Origin: Myxococcota bacterium
GTDB taxonomy: Bacteria; Myxococcota_A; UBA9160; SZUA-336
DNA: 64,000 nt
Reading direction: 5' to 3'
NCBI GenBank assembly: GCA_965247115.1
Contig: CBDFGR010000003.1
Span: forward strand, 2,400,001-2,464,000
Positions within the stretch are counted from its first letter, which is position 1. Every line of letters begins with the position of its first letter. The position numbers were made by a program, and so were the translations under genes. Under the pieces are notes generated by a model that had not been told where the DNA came from, searched no databases, and was given only the letters and a program-made list of their open reading frames with translations. This document shows, piece after piece, positions 8,757 to 17,771 of the stretch.

Positions 8757-10061
8757 ATGGACTATCTCGTGTACGTGGCGCTCGTAGCTCCGCCGCTATG
8801 GGCTCTCTACCGTTCCAGAAAAACTGAGGTCAGGGCAAAGGTAAAGCTGCAACAGGCGGTGGACTCCAACAAGACGGAGGCCTACGCGCTCTATCCCAAG
8901 GTTGACCTGGGCCTATGCGGCGGGTGCGAGGCGTGCACGAAGGTTTGCCCCGAGGGCGACATCCTTCAGATGATCGATGGGGCACCGACGCTTGTCAGTC
9001 CTACCAAGTGCGTCGGTCACGGTGTCTGCGTACGTTCCTGCCCCTACGATGCCATTACCATGGTGTTCGGTACTGCCACCAACGGCAAGCGAGTGCCTAA
9101 CTACAGTGAGTTTTACGAGACCAACGTCACAGGCTTGTACATCGCAGGGGAGCTTGGAGGGATGGGGCTGATCGGCAATGCGATAAAGCAGGGTAGCCTC
9201 GCGGCAGATCACGCCATAAAGAACCTGGACAAGTCCGTGGTTGCCGATGTCGACGTCTTGGTTGTGGGTGCCGGGCCTGCTGGCCTGTCCGCGAGTCTGA
9301 AATGCCTGGAGACCAAGACCCGGTACAGGTGCATCGAGCAGAACTCCCTTGGGGGAACGGTCTTCAACTACCCCAGGCAGAAGGTTGTCATGAGCCATCC
9401 GGCCTCACTGCCCATTACCGGAAAGATGCAGTTCCCCAAGAACAGGATCGCAAAAGAGGGCCTGCTTGAATACTGGGAGGACGTGAGGAAAAGGACCGGC
9501 CTGAAGGTGGAAGAGAGGATCAAGTTCATCAATCTGAAGTCGAACGGTAAGATTCTGGAGGCGGAGACCAGCGACGGAATCGTCAGGGCTCAGAAGATAA
9601 TCCTGGCCGTAGGTGTGGGAGGTTCCCCAAGAAAGCTGGGACTCTCCAATGAAGATACGGCCAAGGTGACCTACAAGTTGGTCGACCCTCAGCAGTACAA
9701 GGGGAAGAAGCTGGTCGTCGTCGGTGCCGGGGATTCGGCAGTGGAGGCGGCCCAGCGGGTGGCAGACCCCAAACTCAAGAACACGGTGCACCTGTTGGTG
9801 AGAAAAAATAGCCTCTCGCGGTGCAAAGAGGATAACAAGATCAAGGTGGAGCAGATGGACAAGGATGGTCTGCTCGAGATCTGGTATCGGTCAGGAGTGA
9901 GGGAGATCCATCAGGATCGCCTGAGAATCAAACGTGGAGAAGAGGAAGTGGACTTGCCCAACGATTACTTGATCCTCTTCATGGGTACCGTCCCACCATT
10001 CGGGTTTCTGGAAGAGCTGGGCGTCGAGATACGTACGCTCTACGGCGAGCCACTCTCCTGA
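8757..10061 (+). CDS. 4Fe-4S ferredoxin fused to FAD/NAD(P)-dependent oxidoreductase (thioredoxin reductase/YpdA-like fold)
   Basis: CGGCEACTKVCP and CVGHGVCVRSCP clusters. GLYIAGELGG, VVGAGPAG, VVGAGDSAVE. Confidence 0.85.
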   Translation: MDYLVYVALVAPPLWALYRSRKTEVRAKVKLQQAVDSNKTEAYALYPKVDLGLCGGCEACTKVCPEGDILQMIDGAPTLVSPTKCVGHGVCVRSCPYDAITMVFGTATNGKRVPNYSEFYETNVTGLYIAGELGGMGLIGNAIKQGSLAADHAIKNLDKSVVADVDVLVVGAGPAGLSASLKCLETKTRYRCIEQNSLGGTVFNYPRQKVVMSHPASLPITGKMQFPKNRIAKEGLLEYWEDVRKRTGLKVEERIKFINLKSNGKILEAETSDGIVRAQKIILAVGVGGSPRKLGLSNEDTAKVTYKLVDPQQYKGKKLVVVGAGDSAVEAAQRVADPKLKNTVHLLVRKNSLSRCKEDNKIKVEQMDKDGLLEIWYRSGVREIHQDRLRIKRGEEEVDLPNDYLILFMGTVPPFGFLEELGVEIRTLYGEPLS

Positions 10062-10085
10062 GAGTCGTGTTCGGGGGGAAGGAAG

Positions 10086-10511
10086 ATGGATTCCGACAAC
10101 TGGTCTGATTTCTCTGGCTACACCCACCTGGAGCTGTACCCAAACAGCAACTACAAATCCTTCGTGCCCCAGGTCGACACGGAGTTCCAGGTGGGCACGA
10201 CCATTGTCAAGCTGAAGGCAGACAATCCTGCGGAGTTCTGGGAAAACGGAAACTTGACGCGCTGCACCGTAGCCGAAGTTGTCTCCCTAGACGCATACGG
10301 AGTAGAAGTCCGAATTCTGGCCGACAGCCAGTCGGAGTGGTTCAGCGATGGGCAACTTCGCATGATCACCATCGGAAGGCAGAAGGGCATCTGGAATCTT
10401 CGGAAGATCTGGAAGTACCGCGGACGGGAGTACAGGCCCAACTCGACCCTCGAGTTCTCCGAGAACGGGGATATCGTAAAGGTCGAAGCAGCCCCCGGCC
10501 CGATCAACTGA
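10086..10511 (+). CDS. hypothetical protein
   Basis: 141-aa ORF with purine-rich RBS and plausible composition, downstream of the oxidoreductase. Confidence 0.5.
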   Translation: MDSDNWSDFSGYTHLELYPNSNYKSFVPQVDTEFQVGTTIVKLKADNPAEFWENGNLTRCTVAEVVSLDAYGVEVRILADSQSEWFSDGQLRMITIGRQKGIWNLRKIWKYRGREYRPNSTLEFSENGDIVKVEAAPGPIN

Positions 10512-11316
10512 CTCGGCGAGTCACGAATCGCGCCTGCGCGATCTTCCTGGCCGCACCCCACTCGCTCAGCAATCGAAAGCCGCGGATCAGCGCGTCGACG
10601 CGCTCCTCGTCATACGACAGCAGTCGCAGTGCGTCCCAGCGAAGCTGCGTCTCGAGGACCTCGGCGACCAGCGCTGTCTGCTTGGCAAAGTTGCCCGTAT
10701 CCTCGGCCAACACCACCTCGCAGCCCTGTTTCTCGAGCAGCTGCTGATACCCGCGCTGCGTCTCGAGATTCGGGAAGCTGAGTGCCTCCAGGAGGAAGGC
10801 GCTTTCGCCTGACTCCAGGCCGGCGTCTCCTTCCACCCAGTCGGTGAACGCGATCGTGCCGCCGCGACGCACGATTCGAGCAGCCTCCGCGATGAGTGTC
10901 GGCTTGTCGGGGACGTAGCACCACGCATCTTCGCTCCAGACGAAGTCGGCACTCTCGGAAGGGAGCCCACTCGCGCACGCATCGGTGCAGAGGAAGTCGA
11001 TCTGACTCGCCTGTCCTTCCTCCTGGCAGCGCCGGCGACCGCGAGCAACGACGTTGGGCGAGATGTCGACGCCGATCATCGATTCGACTCCCCGGTAGCG
11101 CACCAGGAAGCGCATGCCGGCTCCGTTGCAGCAGCACAGGTCTACCCCTCGGCCCCCTCGGATCGCGGAGGCGTCCGCAAGCGCCACGGACGCGTCGAAG
11201 CCCCCGAGGTGGATCTGCTCCCCGAACACGAGTGCGAAGAGATCCCCCTCGGGGCCGTCATAGATGTCGCGCACCGCTTCGCGGGCGCCCGAGTGATCTT
11301 GCTTGTCGGACGGCAT
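10504..11316 (-). CDS. class I SAM-dependent methyltransferase
   Basis: GEQIHLGG, motif I variant VDLCCCNGAG, GVDIS, ADFVWSEDAWCY, RRGGTIAFTDW. Confidence 0.88.
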   Translation of the reverse strand: MPSDKQDHSGAREAVRDIYDGPEGDLFALVFGEQIHLGGFDASVALADASAIRGGRGVDLCCCNGAGMRFLVRYRGVESMIGVDISPNVVARGRRRCQEEGQASQIDFLCTDACASGLPSESADFVWSEDAWCYVPDKPTLIAEAARIVRRGGTIAFTDWVEGDAGLESGESAFLLEALSFPNLETQRGYQQLLEKQGCEVVLAEDTGNFAKQTALVAEVLETQLRWDALRLLSYDEERVDALIRGFRLLSEWGAARKIAQARFVTRRVS

Positions 11317-11351
11317 GAGAGGTCCCTCCCCGTCTACCGCATGTAGCTTCC

Positions 11352-11894
11352 CTAGCTCTCCTCCGACTTCGCTACGACGATGTCGATGAACTGGTCGATG
11401 GCCTGGGCGGCGCGTTCTTTCAGGACAGCGGGCGTAGCGCTCCCCAGCGGGTGGGGAACCTGGGCCCAGCGGATGTCGGGGATTCCGCCGGCGCGCTGTA
11501 CGGTTCGAAAGACCGAGGCGAAGCGATCCGTCCCGATCAGGACGGCGGGGATACCACGCTTCTCGAGCTGTATCGTGTTGAGCAGACCGCTCGAACTACA
11601 GCTCCCTCAATCCCCATGAGTGAGGATCACAGCGTCGCAGTCATCGACGCCCTCCCACTCCTCCGGTCGCATGACGCGCGAGGCATCGTATCTGCCGCGG
11701 ACGAAGTCGAGCTTGAAGCGCGAGGACAAGAGCTCCTTGCATTCGTCGAGAAGCTCGACCGCGTTCAGCTTGAAGTTCGCGTAGAGCCCGATCCGCTTGC
11801 CGCTGAGCGAGTCGAGCCGGGGTGCCAGGTCGCCCGGCTGGATGATCGGCTCCGACGTGGGATCGAGCACCTGGAAACCAGTCGACGTGCTCAT
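11352..11894 (-). CDS. UGSC-family selenoprotein (Sec at TGA 11607-11609), 180 aa
   Basis: ...DAVILTHGD-TGA-GSCSSSGLLNTIQLEKRGIPAVLI...VPHPLG...TAG. The frame continues 84 sense codons past the TGA. RBS AGGAGG. SECIS-like hairpin follows. Confidence 0.9.
11577..11596 (-). promoter_or_regulatory. bacterial SECIS-like hairpin of UGSC gene
   Basis: GTT-C-GAGC-GGTCT-GCTC-AAC, with the apical loop starting 19 nt after UGA. Resembles the fdhF GCAGGUCUGC apex. Confidence 0.75.
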
Positions 11895-11902
11895 GGTGCG
11901 AG

Positions 11903-13012
11903 TCAACCTCCTTTCGCGGCAGCGATGGGCCGCGACGCAAATCCCCCGTAGGGTAGTAGAGCGTGGCAAAACGCGCCTGCCGGGCCGCCGGCAACCGCCA
12001 CGTAAATCTGGTCAGCGCTGGAGGCGATGGCCACGCTGGCCTCCTCGTCGCCCTCCCGGATGTCCGCTCCTCGGCGTTCCATCAGCGCCCCCCGATGAAA
12101 GCCTCCCTCGCGCTTGAGCGAGGCCACCGAGCGCGACGTGCCTTCGAAAATCGCGCGCCGGATGTCGGCCTTCGACCAGCCGTCGCGTACGAAGATCTCC
12201 GCGTTCTCCGGCGGGATCACGAGCACGACCCAGCCCCGCCGGGAGAGCCGTCGCGTGCCCACCAGATGGTGGCACAGCGTGCCGACGATCTCCTTCGCCG
12301 TGGGCTCGGCGTGCGCCGACATCTGCACGTGGCCGCCTGTGGCGAAGGCCGTCACCACGCTCTCGTCGGACGCGAAGCCGAGCTCGGTGTGGAGCGGACG
12401 CAACGACGGGAAGTCCTCCTCGTTCTCGACGATGTGGTAGCCCGTGTACTTGCCGGGTTGACCCACGGTGGTGCGATCGAGAATGGGACGGCCCTTGGCC
12501 CCGGGGTCATCCTCGTTTCCCGCACCGGACACCGAACCCATGGCGTTGATCATGGTCAGCCGCACGGCGCGACCGATGGTCGCGTTCGCGCGGTTACCCG
12601 GTCCGAGAACGTTGCCGCGGCAGTTCATGCCGAGCTGGGCGCGAACCGGGCCGTTCACGACGAAGCCGAGGGCGGCGCCGCCCGTCGTGGCGTTGAGGAC
12701 GTGGAGGCCGAAGGCTGGATCGCCCATCGCCTCGACGAGTGCGAGCACGACGGGGAAATACTCGGGGCGGCAGCCCGCCATCACCGAGTTGATCGCGACC
12801 TTCTCCAGCGTCACCACGCGGTTGCGGCTGGGGTACTCGCAGATCACCTCGTCGGGTGCGCGTCCCGACAGCTCGACGAAGCGCTCGACCTTCTCGGGCG
12901 TCGGGGGCACGACCGGCAACCCATCCGTCCAGCCCCGCTCGAAGCACAGCTCGATGGCGTCGTCGAGATCCTCGACGCCGTGTCGCTCCGAGCTCAGCCG
13001 CCATCCCGGCAC
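11903..13012 (-). CDS. UGSC-associated conserved protein (GWTDGLPVVPPT family)
   Basis: GWTDGLPVVPPT, EKVAINSVMAGC.PEYFPVV, VNGP, RANATIGRA, GQPGKY, ENEE. Ends 8 bp upstream of the UGSC gene. Confidence 0.85.
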   Translation of the reverse strand: MPGWRLSSERHGVEDLDDAIELCFERGWTDGLPVVPPTPEKVERFVELSGRAPDEVICEYPSRNRVVTLEKVAINSVMAGCRPEYFPVVLALVEAMGDPAFGLHVLNATTGGAALGFVVNGPVRAQLGMNCRGNVLGPGNRANATIGRAVRLTMINAMGSVSGAGNEDDPGAKGRPILDRTTVGQPGKYTGYHIVENEEDFPSLRPLHTELGFASDESVVTAFATGGHVQMSAHAEPTAKEIVGTLCHHLVGTRRLSRRGWVVLVIPPENAEIFVRDGWSKADIRRAIFEGTSRSVASLKREGGFHRGALMERRGADIREGDEEASVAIASSADQIYVAVAGGPAGAFCHALLPYGGFASRPIAAAKGG

Positions 13013-13101
13013 ATGGGAAGGCTATCATGCTTCAGAACTGCGGGAAGCCGGAGTCGTTTATCCCTGCACGAGTGGGGCGCATGCGTGAGGAGGCCATTCG
13101 G

Positions 13102-13878
13102 ATGACGATCCACAGGGTGGCGGTCGGCGAGCTGGACCCGGAGCTCCGACCGGGCACCGCCTCCTGGAAGGCGCTGATCCAGGAGCTCGAACGCGCGCGT
13201 CCGGATCTGTTCGTGCTGAACGAGCTCCCGTTCGGCGCCTGGCTCGCGGCCCGCGAGAGCTTCGACCCGAGCGCCTGGAAGCAGTCGATCGCGGACCACG
13301 CGGAGGGCGTCGGGGCCCTGCACGAGCTCGGCGTGCCCGTGGTGGTTGGAACGCGCGCGGTTGAGGTCGACGGACGCCGCTGCAACGAGGGCTTCGTCTG
13401 GACCGCGGACGGCGCGGTCCGGCCCGTCCACACCAAGCAGCACATCCCGGACTCCCCGGGCTATCGGGAGACGACGTGGACCGAGCCAGGCAAGCGCAGC
13501 TTCGAGATCGCGCGAGCGGGCTCGCTGCGGATTGGTTTCCTGATCTGCACCGACATCATGTGGAACGAGCACGCGCGGAGCTACGGGCGAGACGGCGTTG
13601 ATCTGATCGTGGTCCCGCGTGCCATGCCGCCGGACGCCGCCCACGTGTTCGACATCGCGCTACAGATGACCGCGATCGTGTCGGGCTGCTACGTCGCCTC
13701 GTCGAACCGCACCGGTCGCGACTCCGGCGGCGAACGCTTCGAGGGTCGGGGCTGTGTCATCGACCCCAGGGGCAACACGGTGGCGCAGACCTCGTACCAC
13801 CAGCGAATCGCAGTCCACGAGCTGTCCACCGACTTCATCGCCTGGAAGAAGTCGGTCTACCCGTGCAACGTCGTCTGA
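13102..13878 (+). CDS. carbon-nitrogen hydrolase (nitrilase superfamily)
   Basis: Glu-Lys-Cys triad: VLNELP, HTKQHIP, FLICTD. RBS GAGGAGG. Confidence 0.88.
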   Translation: MTIHRVAVGELDPELRPGTASWKALIQELERARPDLFVLNELPFGAWLAARESFDPSAWKQSIADHAEGVGALHELGVPVVVGTRAVEVDGRRCNEGFVWTADGAVRPVHTKQHIPDSPGYRETTWTEPGKRSFEIARAGSLRIGFLICTDIMWNEHARSYGRDGVDLIVVPRAMPPDAAHVFDIALQMTAIVSGCYVASSNRTGRDSGGERFEGRGCVIDPRGNTVAQTSYHQRIAVHELSTDFIAWKKSVYPCNVV

Positions 13879-13891
13879 TACCCTTGCGCAT

Positions 13892-15070
13892 GTGAGCAGC
13901 AACGAGGCAGCGTTCGACGCGCTAGAGACGCTGGTGCCCACGCTCCTCACTACACTCGAGGCCGTCGGTAGCGCACAGCGGCACCTGCACCCCACGCATC
14001 TGAATGCGCTGGCGGAGGGGCTCGCCCCTTTTCGCGAGCGGCTGCAGACGAGCTTGGAGGAGTTCCGCGGCAAAGAGTGGGAGGGAGATCTGGAGGCGTT
14101 GAGGGAGCCGCTCGAGCGCGCGGCGGAGCACACGCTCGCCGGGCTTTCTGGCTTCCTCGAAGACGCGCACGACCCGCAGGCGATGTTCCAGCGCTTCCGC
14201 TCGCTCCGGCGCCAGATCCGTGCGCAGGAAGCGCTCTATCCGCTCCACTCCTGGCTCAGGCCGGTGAGCCAGTTCTTTCTGGAGGAGCCCGTCCGCGGCT
14301 CGGAGGATCTGCTCGAGAAGATCCGCGCGGCCACGGCGGACGCCGACCCGGCTTCCGAGGCGAGCGTCGGCGCGCTCCATCACGCCAGCAAGCACGACGA
14401 GCGAGGGGGATTCTCACTCTACGTGCCGGAGTACTGGGAGGCTGCACGAAGCTGGCCCCTGGTGGTGGCGCTGCACGGCGGCAGCGGTCACGGTCGGGAT
14501 TTCCTTTGGACCTGGCTGCGGGAGGCTCGCAGCCGTGGCTTCATCGTGCTCTCGCCGACGGCGCGCGAGCGCACCTGGTCCATCATGGGGGCGGAGGACG
14601 TCGATGCGGAGCCGTTGAAGGCCTATGTCCTCGACGTAATGGAGCGCTGGAACATCGACGCCGAGAAGGTCCTGCTGACCGGCATGTCCGATGGCGCGAC
14701 CTACGCGCTCCTCGCGGGACTGATGGAGGACGTGCCGTACACGCATCTGGCTCCAATCTCCGGCGTTTTTCACCCGCTGAACATGCTGAACGGCAACCTT
14801 CAGCGCGCGGCAAGCAAGCCTATCTATGTAGTGCACGGGTTGCTGGACTGGATGTTCCCCATCGACATAGCGCGGATGACGCGGGACCAGCTCACCGCTG
14901 CCGGGGCGGAGCTTGTGTATCGGGAGCTCGCCGACCTATCGCACACCTATCCCCGCGACGAGAATCCAAAGATCCTGCGCTGGCTCGATCCAGAGCTCGG
15001 GCTGCCAGGAGAAGAAACGGGGGCGACCTCAGATACTGTCGAGCCGGAGCCCGAGGAGGATAAGCCTTGA
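13892..15070 (+). CDS. phospholipase/carboxylesterase (alpha/beta hydrolase) with N-terminal helical extension
   Basis: PLVVALHGGSG, LTGMSDG, HGLLDWMFP, DLSHTYP. Start uncertain. Confidence 0.82.
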   Translation: MSSNEAAFDALETLVPTLLTTLEAVGSAQRHLHPTHLNALAEGLAPFRERLQTSLEEFRGKEWEGDLEALREPLERAAEHTLAGLSGFLEDAHDPQAMFQRFRSLRRQIRAQEALYPLHSWLRPVSQFFLEEPVRGSEDLLEKIRAATADADPASEASVGALHHASKHDERGGFSLYVPEYWEAARSWPLVVALHGGSGHGRDFLWTWLREARSRGFIVLSPTARERTWSIMGAEDVDAEPLKAYVLDVMERWNIDAEKVLLTGMSDGATYALLAGLMEDVPYTHLAPISGVFHPLNMLNGNLQRAASKPIYVVHGLLDWMFPIDIARMTRDQLTAAGAELVYRELADLSHTYPRDENPKILRWLDPELGLPGEETGATSDTVEPEPEEDKP

Positions 15071-15115
15071 GCGCTGTCCGGTGGCTGAGCGTCCAGGTGT
15101 TCGAGATCTGACCCC

Positions 15116-15394
15116 GTGGGCGAGCTTACGGTCCGCCTCCCTGCCGTCCTGTCCCAGCTCGTCGGCGGCGAGCGTAGCGTTGCCGTACGAGGCGTCACCT
15201 TGCAGGAGGCCCTCGACGACCTCGTGCGCCAGCGCCCCGAGCTCGGACTCCACCTGTTTGACGAAGGCGGCGTGATGCGCCGCCACATCCTCTGCTTCTG
15301 CAACCAGGTCTACACACGCGGCGTGGAAGGCCTGGAGGTCCCGGTCAACCCCGGCGACGAGATCACGATCCTAAACTCCGTGTCAGGCGGCTAG
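15116..15394 (+). CDS. MoaD/ThiS family sulfur carrier
   Basis: Ubiquitin-like size, C-terminal GDEITILNSVSGG. Confidence 0.85.
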   Translation: MGELTVRLPAVLSQLVGGERSVAVRGVTLQEALDDLVRQRPELGLHLFDEGGVMRRHILCFCNQVYTRGVEGLEVPVNPGDEITILNSVSGG

Positions 15395-15507
15395 CCCTTC
15401 GCTTTCTGAGGGACCAATACTCAGCGTCGGAGCCTCTCCCCTACACTCGAGTAGCCGCGTAAACATGACGTCTGGTACCCGAACGCCGGTATCGAAGTCG
15501 ACCGGGC

Positions 15508-16584
15508 TCAATCCCGCCGCTCTACGTCCAACTGCCCCCGGGGGCAGTGGTCTCGTCTTGCGAAGCGCGCCATGTGGGCAGCTCCGTAGTCCTGCAACGC
15601 CGCGTATTGGTTGTGCCCCCGACAGCGCAGCTCGATTCTGTCCACCGAGTGTCGCCTCGATCGGGCCCAGGGGTCCAGATGATGGAACTCGAGAAAGTCG
15701 CGCGAACCGCAGCGGCGATCGTTCGGCCCGACGAATGCACACCGACCTCCGTCCCGCGCTGCGACTGCACGCTTGATCTCTGCCGGGATGTGTCGAGATG
15801 CGGCCCCGTGCTTCTTCGATACCTCCGACCGAGCTCGGGGTCTCGACGTTCGGGCGAACTTCTTTCGCTTCGCATCATCGAGCAGTAGAGTGAGCGCCCG
15901 ATCGAAGATCTGCGCCAGGTCGCCCTCAGGAACCTGGTGGCGGAGCAGCGCCTGCGCCTCACGCAGCTTGTCGCAGAGCGCCTGGTCGCCCGTGAACTGG
16001 ATCTTGAACCGCTTGCCGCCGAGCGGGCTGGGAACCGGACTCGGTGCGCGAGGCATCGGAGGCGAGGGAGCCGCTTCGCGACTAGGTGCCTCGGGCGCAG
16101 GCTCGGCGATCTTCGACGGCATCCGGACAATCGAGGGAGGCTTGGGGTCCGGAAGCTTCCTGACTTGCGCCGGCACGTCCGGCTTCGGAGCGCGGTCGGC
16201 CAGGAGCTCTTCGATGGCACGCTTGCTCTTGTGGCGCGCCAGGTCTAGTAGCTCCACGTGGTTCTCTGGAGTGAGCTTGGGAGCGAGCAGGTTTGCCCCG
16301 GTCAGGTGAAGCGCCCCCTCACGGAATCGCACGAGCAGAAGCGGATACGCCCGTGCAGCTCGCGCCGCGCCAATCCGGTGAAAGGCCGTCGCCTCTGAGA
16401 AGTGGAGCACCTCGGTGCAGTATCGATACATCGAGGGGTAGCCCTGCTCGAGATAGAGCTTTCGCTTATCAACCTCTGCAAGGTACTCGAGCAGATCCGC
16501 CTCGTCCTTGCGACTCCTTGCTACGAGCTCGTCGAGACCTTGGAGCAGCTTGTAATCGGGAATGGTCTTGGGAGAAACCTCCAT
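15508..16584 (-). CDS. DUF222-like/HNH endonuclease family protein (copy 1)
   Basis: LAEVDKRKLYLEQGYPSMYRYC...FSEATAFHRI N-terminal domain, Pro-rich linker, SRHIPAEIKRAV..RDGGRC...C...LEFHH...LRCRGHNQY. Confidence 0.88.
   Translation of the reverse strand: MEVSPKTIPDYKLLQGLDELVARSRKDEADLLEYLAEVDKRKLYLEQGYPSMYRYCTEVLHFSEATAFHRIGAARAARAYPLLLVRFREGALHLTGANLLAPKLTPENHVELLDLARHKSKRAIEELLADRAPKPDVPAQVRKLPDPKPPSIVRMPSKIAEPAPEAPSREAAPSPPMPRAPSPVPSPLGGKRFKIQFTGDQALCDKLREAQALLRHQVPEGDLAQIFDRALTLLLDDAKRKKFARTSRPRARSEVSKKHGAASRHIPAEIKRAVAARDGGRCAFVGPNDRRCGSRDFLEFHHLDPWARSRRHSVDRIELRCRGHNQYAALQDYGAAHMARFARRDHCPRGQLDVERRD
15528..15548. repeat. palindrome ACTGCCCCCGGGGGCAGT at 3' end of HNH copy 1
   Basis: 18-bp perfect palindrome. 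The 21-mer CCAACTGCCCCCGGGGGCAGT is identical to 16830-16850. Confidence 0.95.
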
Positions 16585-16599
16585 CTGGTGTCTTTCGTT

Positions 16600-16653
16600 C
16601 GGGACCGAGAAGGGGTGAAGCCCGAACGATAGCACGACGTATTTTGGTGTCGG
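16600..16653 (-). promoter_or_regulatory. conserved promoter + leader of HNH copy 1
   Basis: CCGACA-16 bp-(TG)cTATCGT, then TCGGGCTTCACCCCTTCTCGGTCCCG. Aligns with 42020-42072. Confidence 0.65.
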
Positions 16654-16829
16654 AGGATCTGCCACGCCGAGTGATCGAGTACGTGTGATACTCTGAAAAC
16701 GGAATCTGCGCGAACGACTTGCAGAGAGGCGTCACCGCCTCGAGGACCGAACTTCTGCTTCAGCACTCGCTTCGATTCGATCGAGCCCTCAAATTCTGTC
16801 AAGAGCTTTCTTCCTCTTTTCGCAAGAAA

Positions 16830-16851
16830 CCAACTGCCCCCGGGGGCAGTT
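16830..16851. repeat. palindrome AACTGCCCCCGGGGGCAGTT upstream of HNH copy 1
   Basis: 20-bp perfect palindrome at 16832-16851. Confidence 0.95.
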
Positions 16852-16860
16852 CGAATCTAG

Positions 16861-17748
16861 CTAGGAGCTCTCGCTCTCCTGCTTGAGCGTGTTGTAGTAC
16901 TCGAACGCTTCCTGCGGTTGGAAGTCTTCGTGGACCACTTTGCGCACCGCCTGGATCATGGCCAGCGGGTTTTCGGACTGGAAGATGTTGCGGCCCATGT
17001 CCACGCCAGAGGCTCCCTCCTGGATGGCGCGGTATGCGAGTCGCAGCGCGTCGGCCTCGGGGAGCTTCGTGCCTCCGGCGATCACGATGGGTACGGGACA
17101 GCTGGCCGTCACGGTGTCGAAGCCGTCGTCGACGTAGTAGGTCTTCACGTAGGAGGCGCCGAGCTCGGCGCACATGCGCGCGGCGAGGCGCATGTAGCGG
17201 GCGTCGCGTACGAGCTCGCGGCCCACCGCCGTCACGCCGAGCGTCGCGATGCCGTGGCTGTTTCCCAGATCTGCGAGTCGAGTCAGGTTGTGGATGGACT
17301 GGGTCTCGTTCTCGCCGCCGACGAAGACCTGGACCGCCATCGCTGCGGCGTTGAGCCGCACGGCCTCGTCGATGCTGAGCGCGATCTGCTCGTTCGAGAG
17401 CTCCTTCAGGATGCTGGGCCCGCCGCTCGCGCGCAGCACGATCCCCCCGGTGTAGGTCGGAGGGATGACGCTGCGCAGGATTCCGCGGGTCAGCATCAGG
17501 GTGTCGGCGTAGCGGGCCAGCGGCACGATGTTGAGGTCGACACGCTCGAGTCCGCTGGTGGGGCCCTGGAAGTAGCCGTGATCGAAGGCCAGCATGACCG
17601 TGCGGCCCGAGGCGGGGTCGAAGATGTTGGAGAGCCGGTTCTTCAGACCCCAGTCGAGGTTGTTCGAGCCCTTGAGGAAGAACGGCTCGCTCGTCTGGGG
17701 AACGTCGACGAAATACTCCTTGGCGCTCGCTGCGTCTTCCTCGGGCAT
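16861..17748 (-). CDS. lsrF: LsrF-like thiolase / class I aldolase
   Basis: [63 protein letters not shown]. Confidence 0.9.
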   Translation of the reverse strand: MPEEDAASAKEYFVDVPQTSEPFFLKGSNNLDWGLKNRLSNIFDPASGRTVMLAFDHGYFQGPTSGLERVDLNIVPLARYADTLMLTRGILRSVIPPTYTGGIVLRASGGPSILKELSNEQIALSIDEAVRLNAAAMAVQVFVGGENETQSIHNLTRLADLGNSHGIATLGVTAVGRELVRDARYMRLAARMCAELGASYVKTYYVDDGFDTVTASCPVPIVIAGGTKLPEADALRLAYRAIQEGASGVDMGRNIFQSENPLAMIQAVRKVVHEDFQPQEAFEYYNTLKQESESS

Positions 17749-17771
17749 CGTATTCTCCCCCTCGCGGAACG

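Noticed and set aside
15508..16584. IscB/Cas9-like or group II intron-associated HNH
   Set aside because: No RuvC motifs, PLMP N-terminus or RT domain, and no room for an obvious long ncRNA in copy 2.
16857..16864. CTAG(CTAG) near HNH element ends (also 15391, 43070) as a target-site duplication
   Set aside because: Each coincides with a neighbouring TAG stop codon and no matching CTAG is seen at the left end of copy 2. Cannot be supported without an empty site.
16861..17748. AI-2 (lsr) quorum-sensing operon
   Set aside because: Only an lsrF-like gene is present, with no lsrABCDKRG neighbours.
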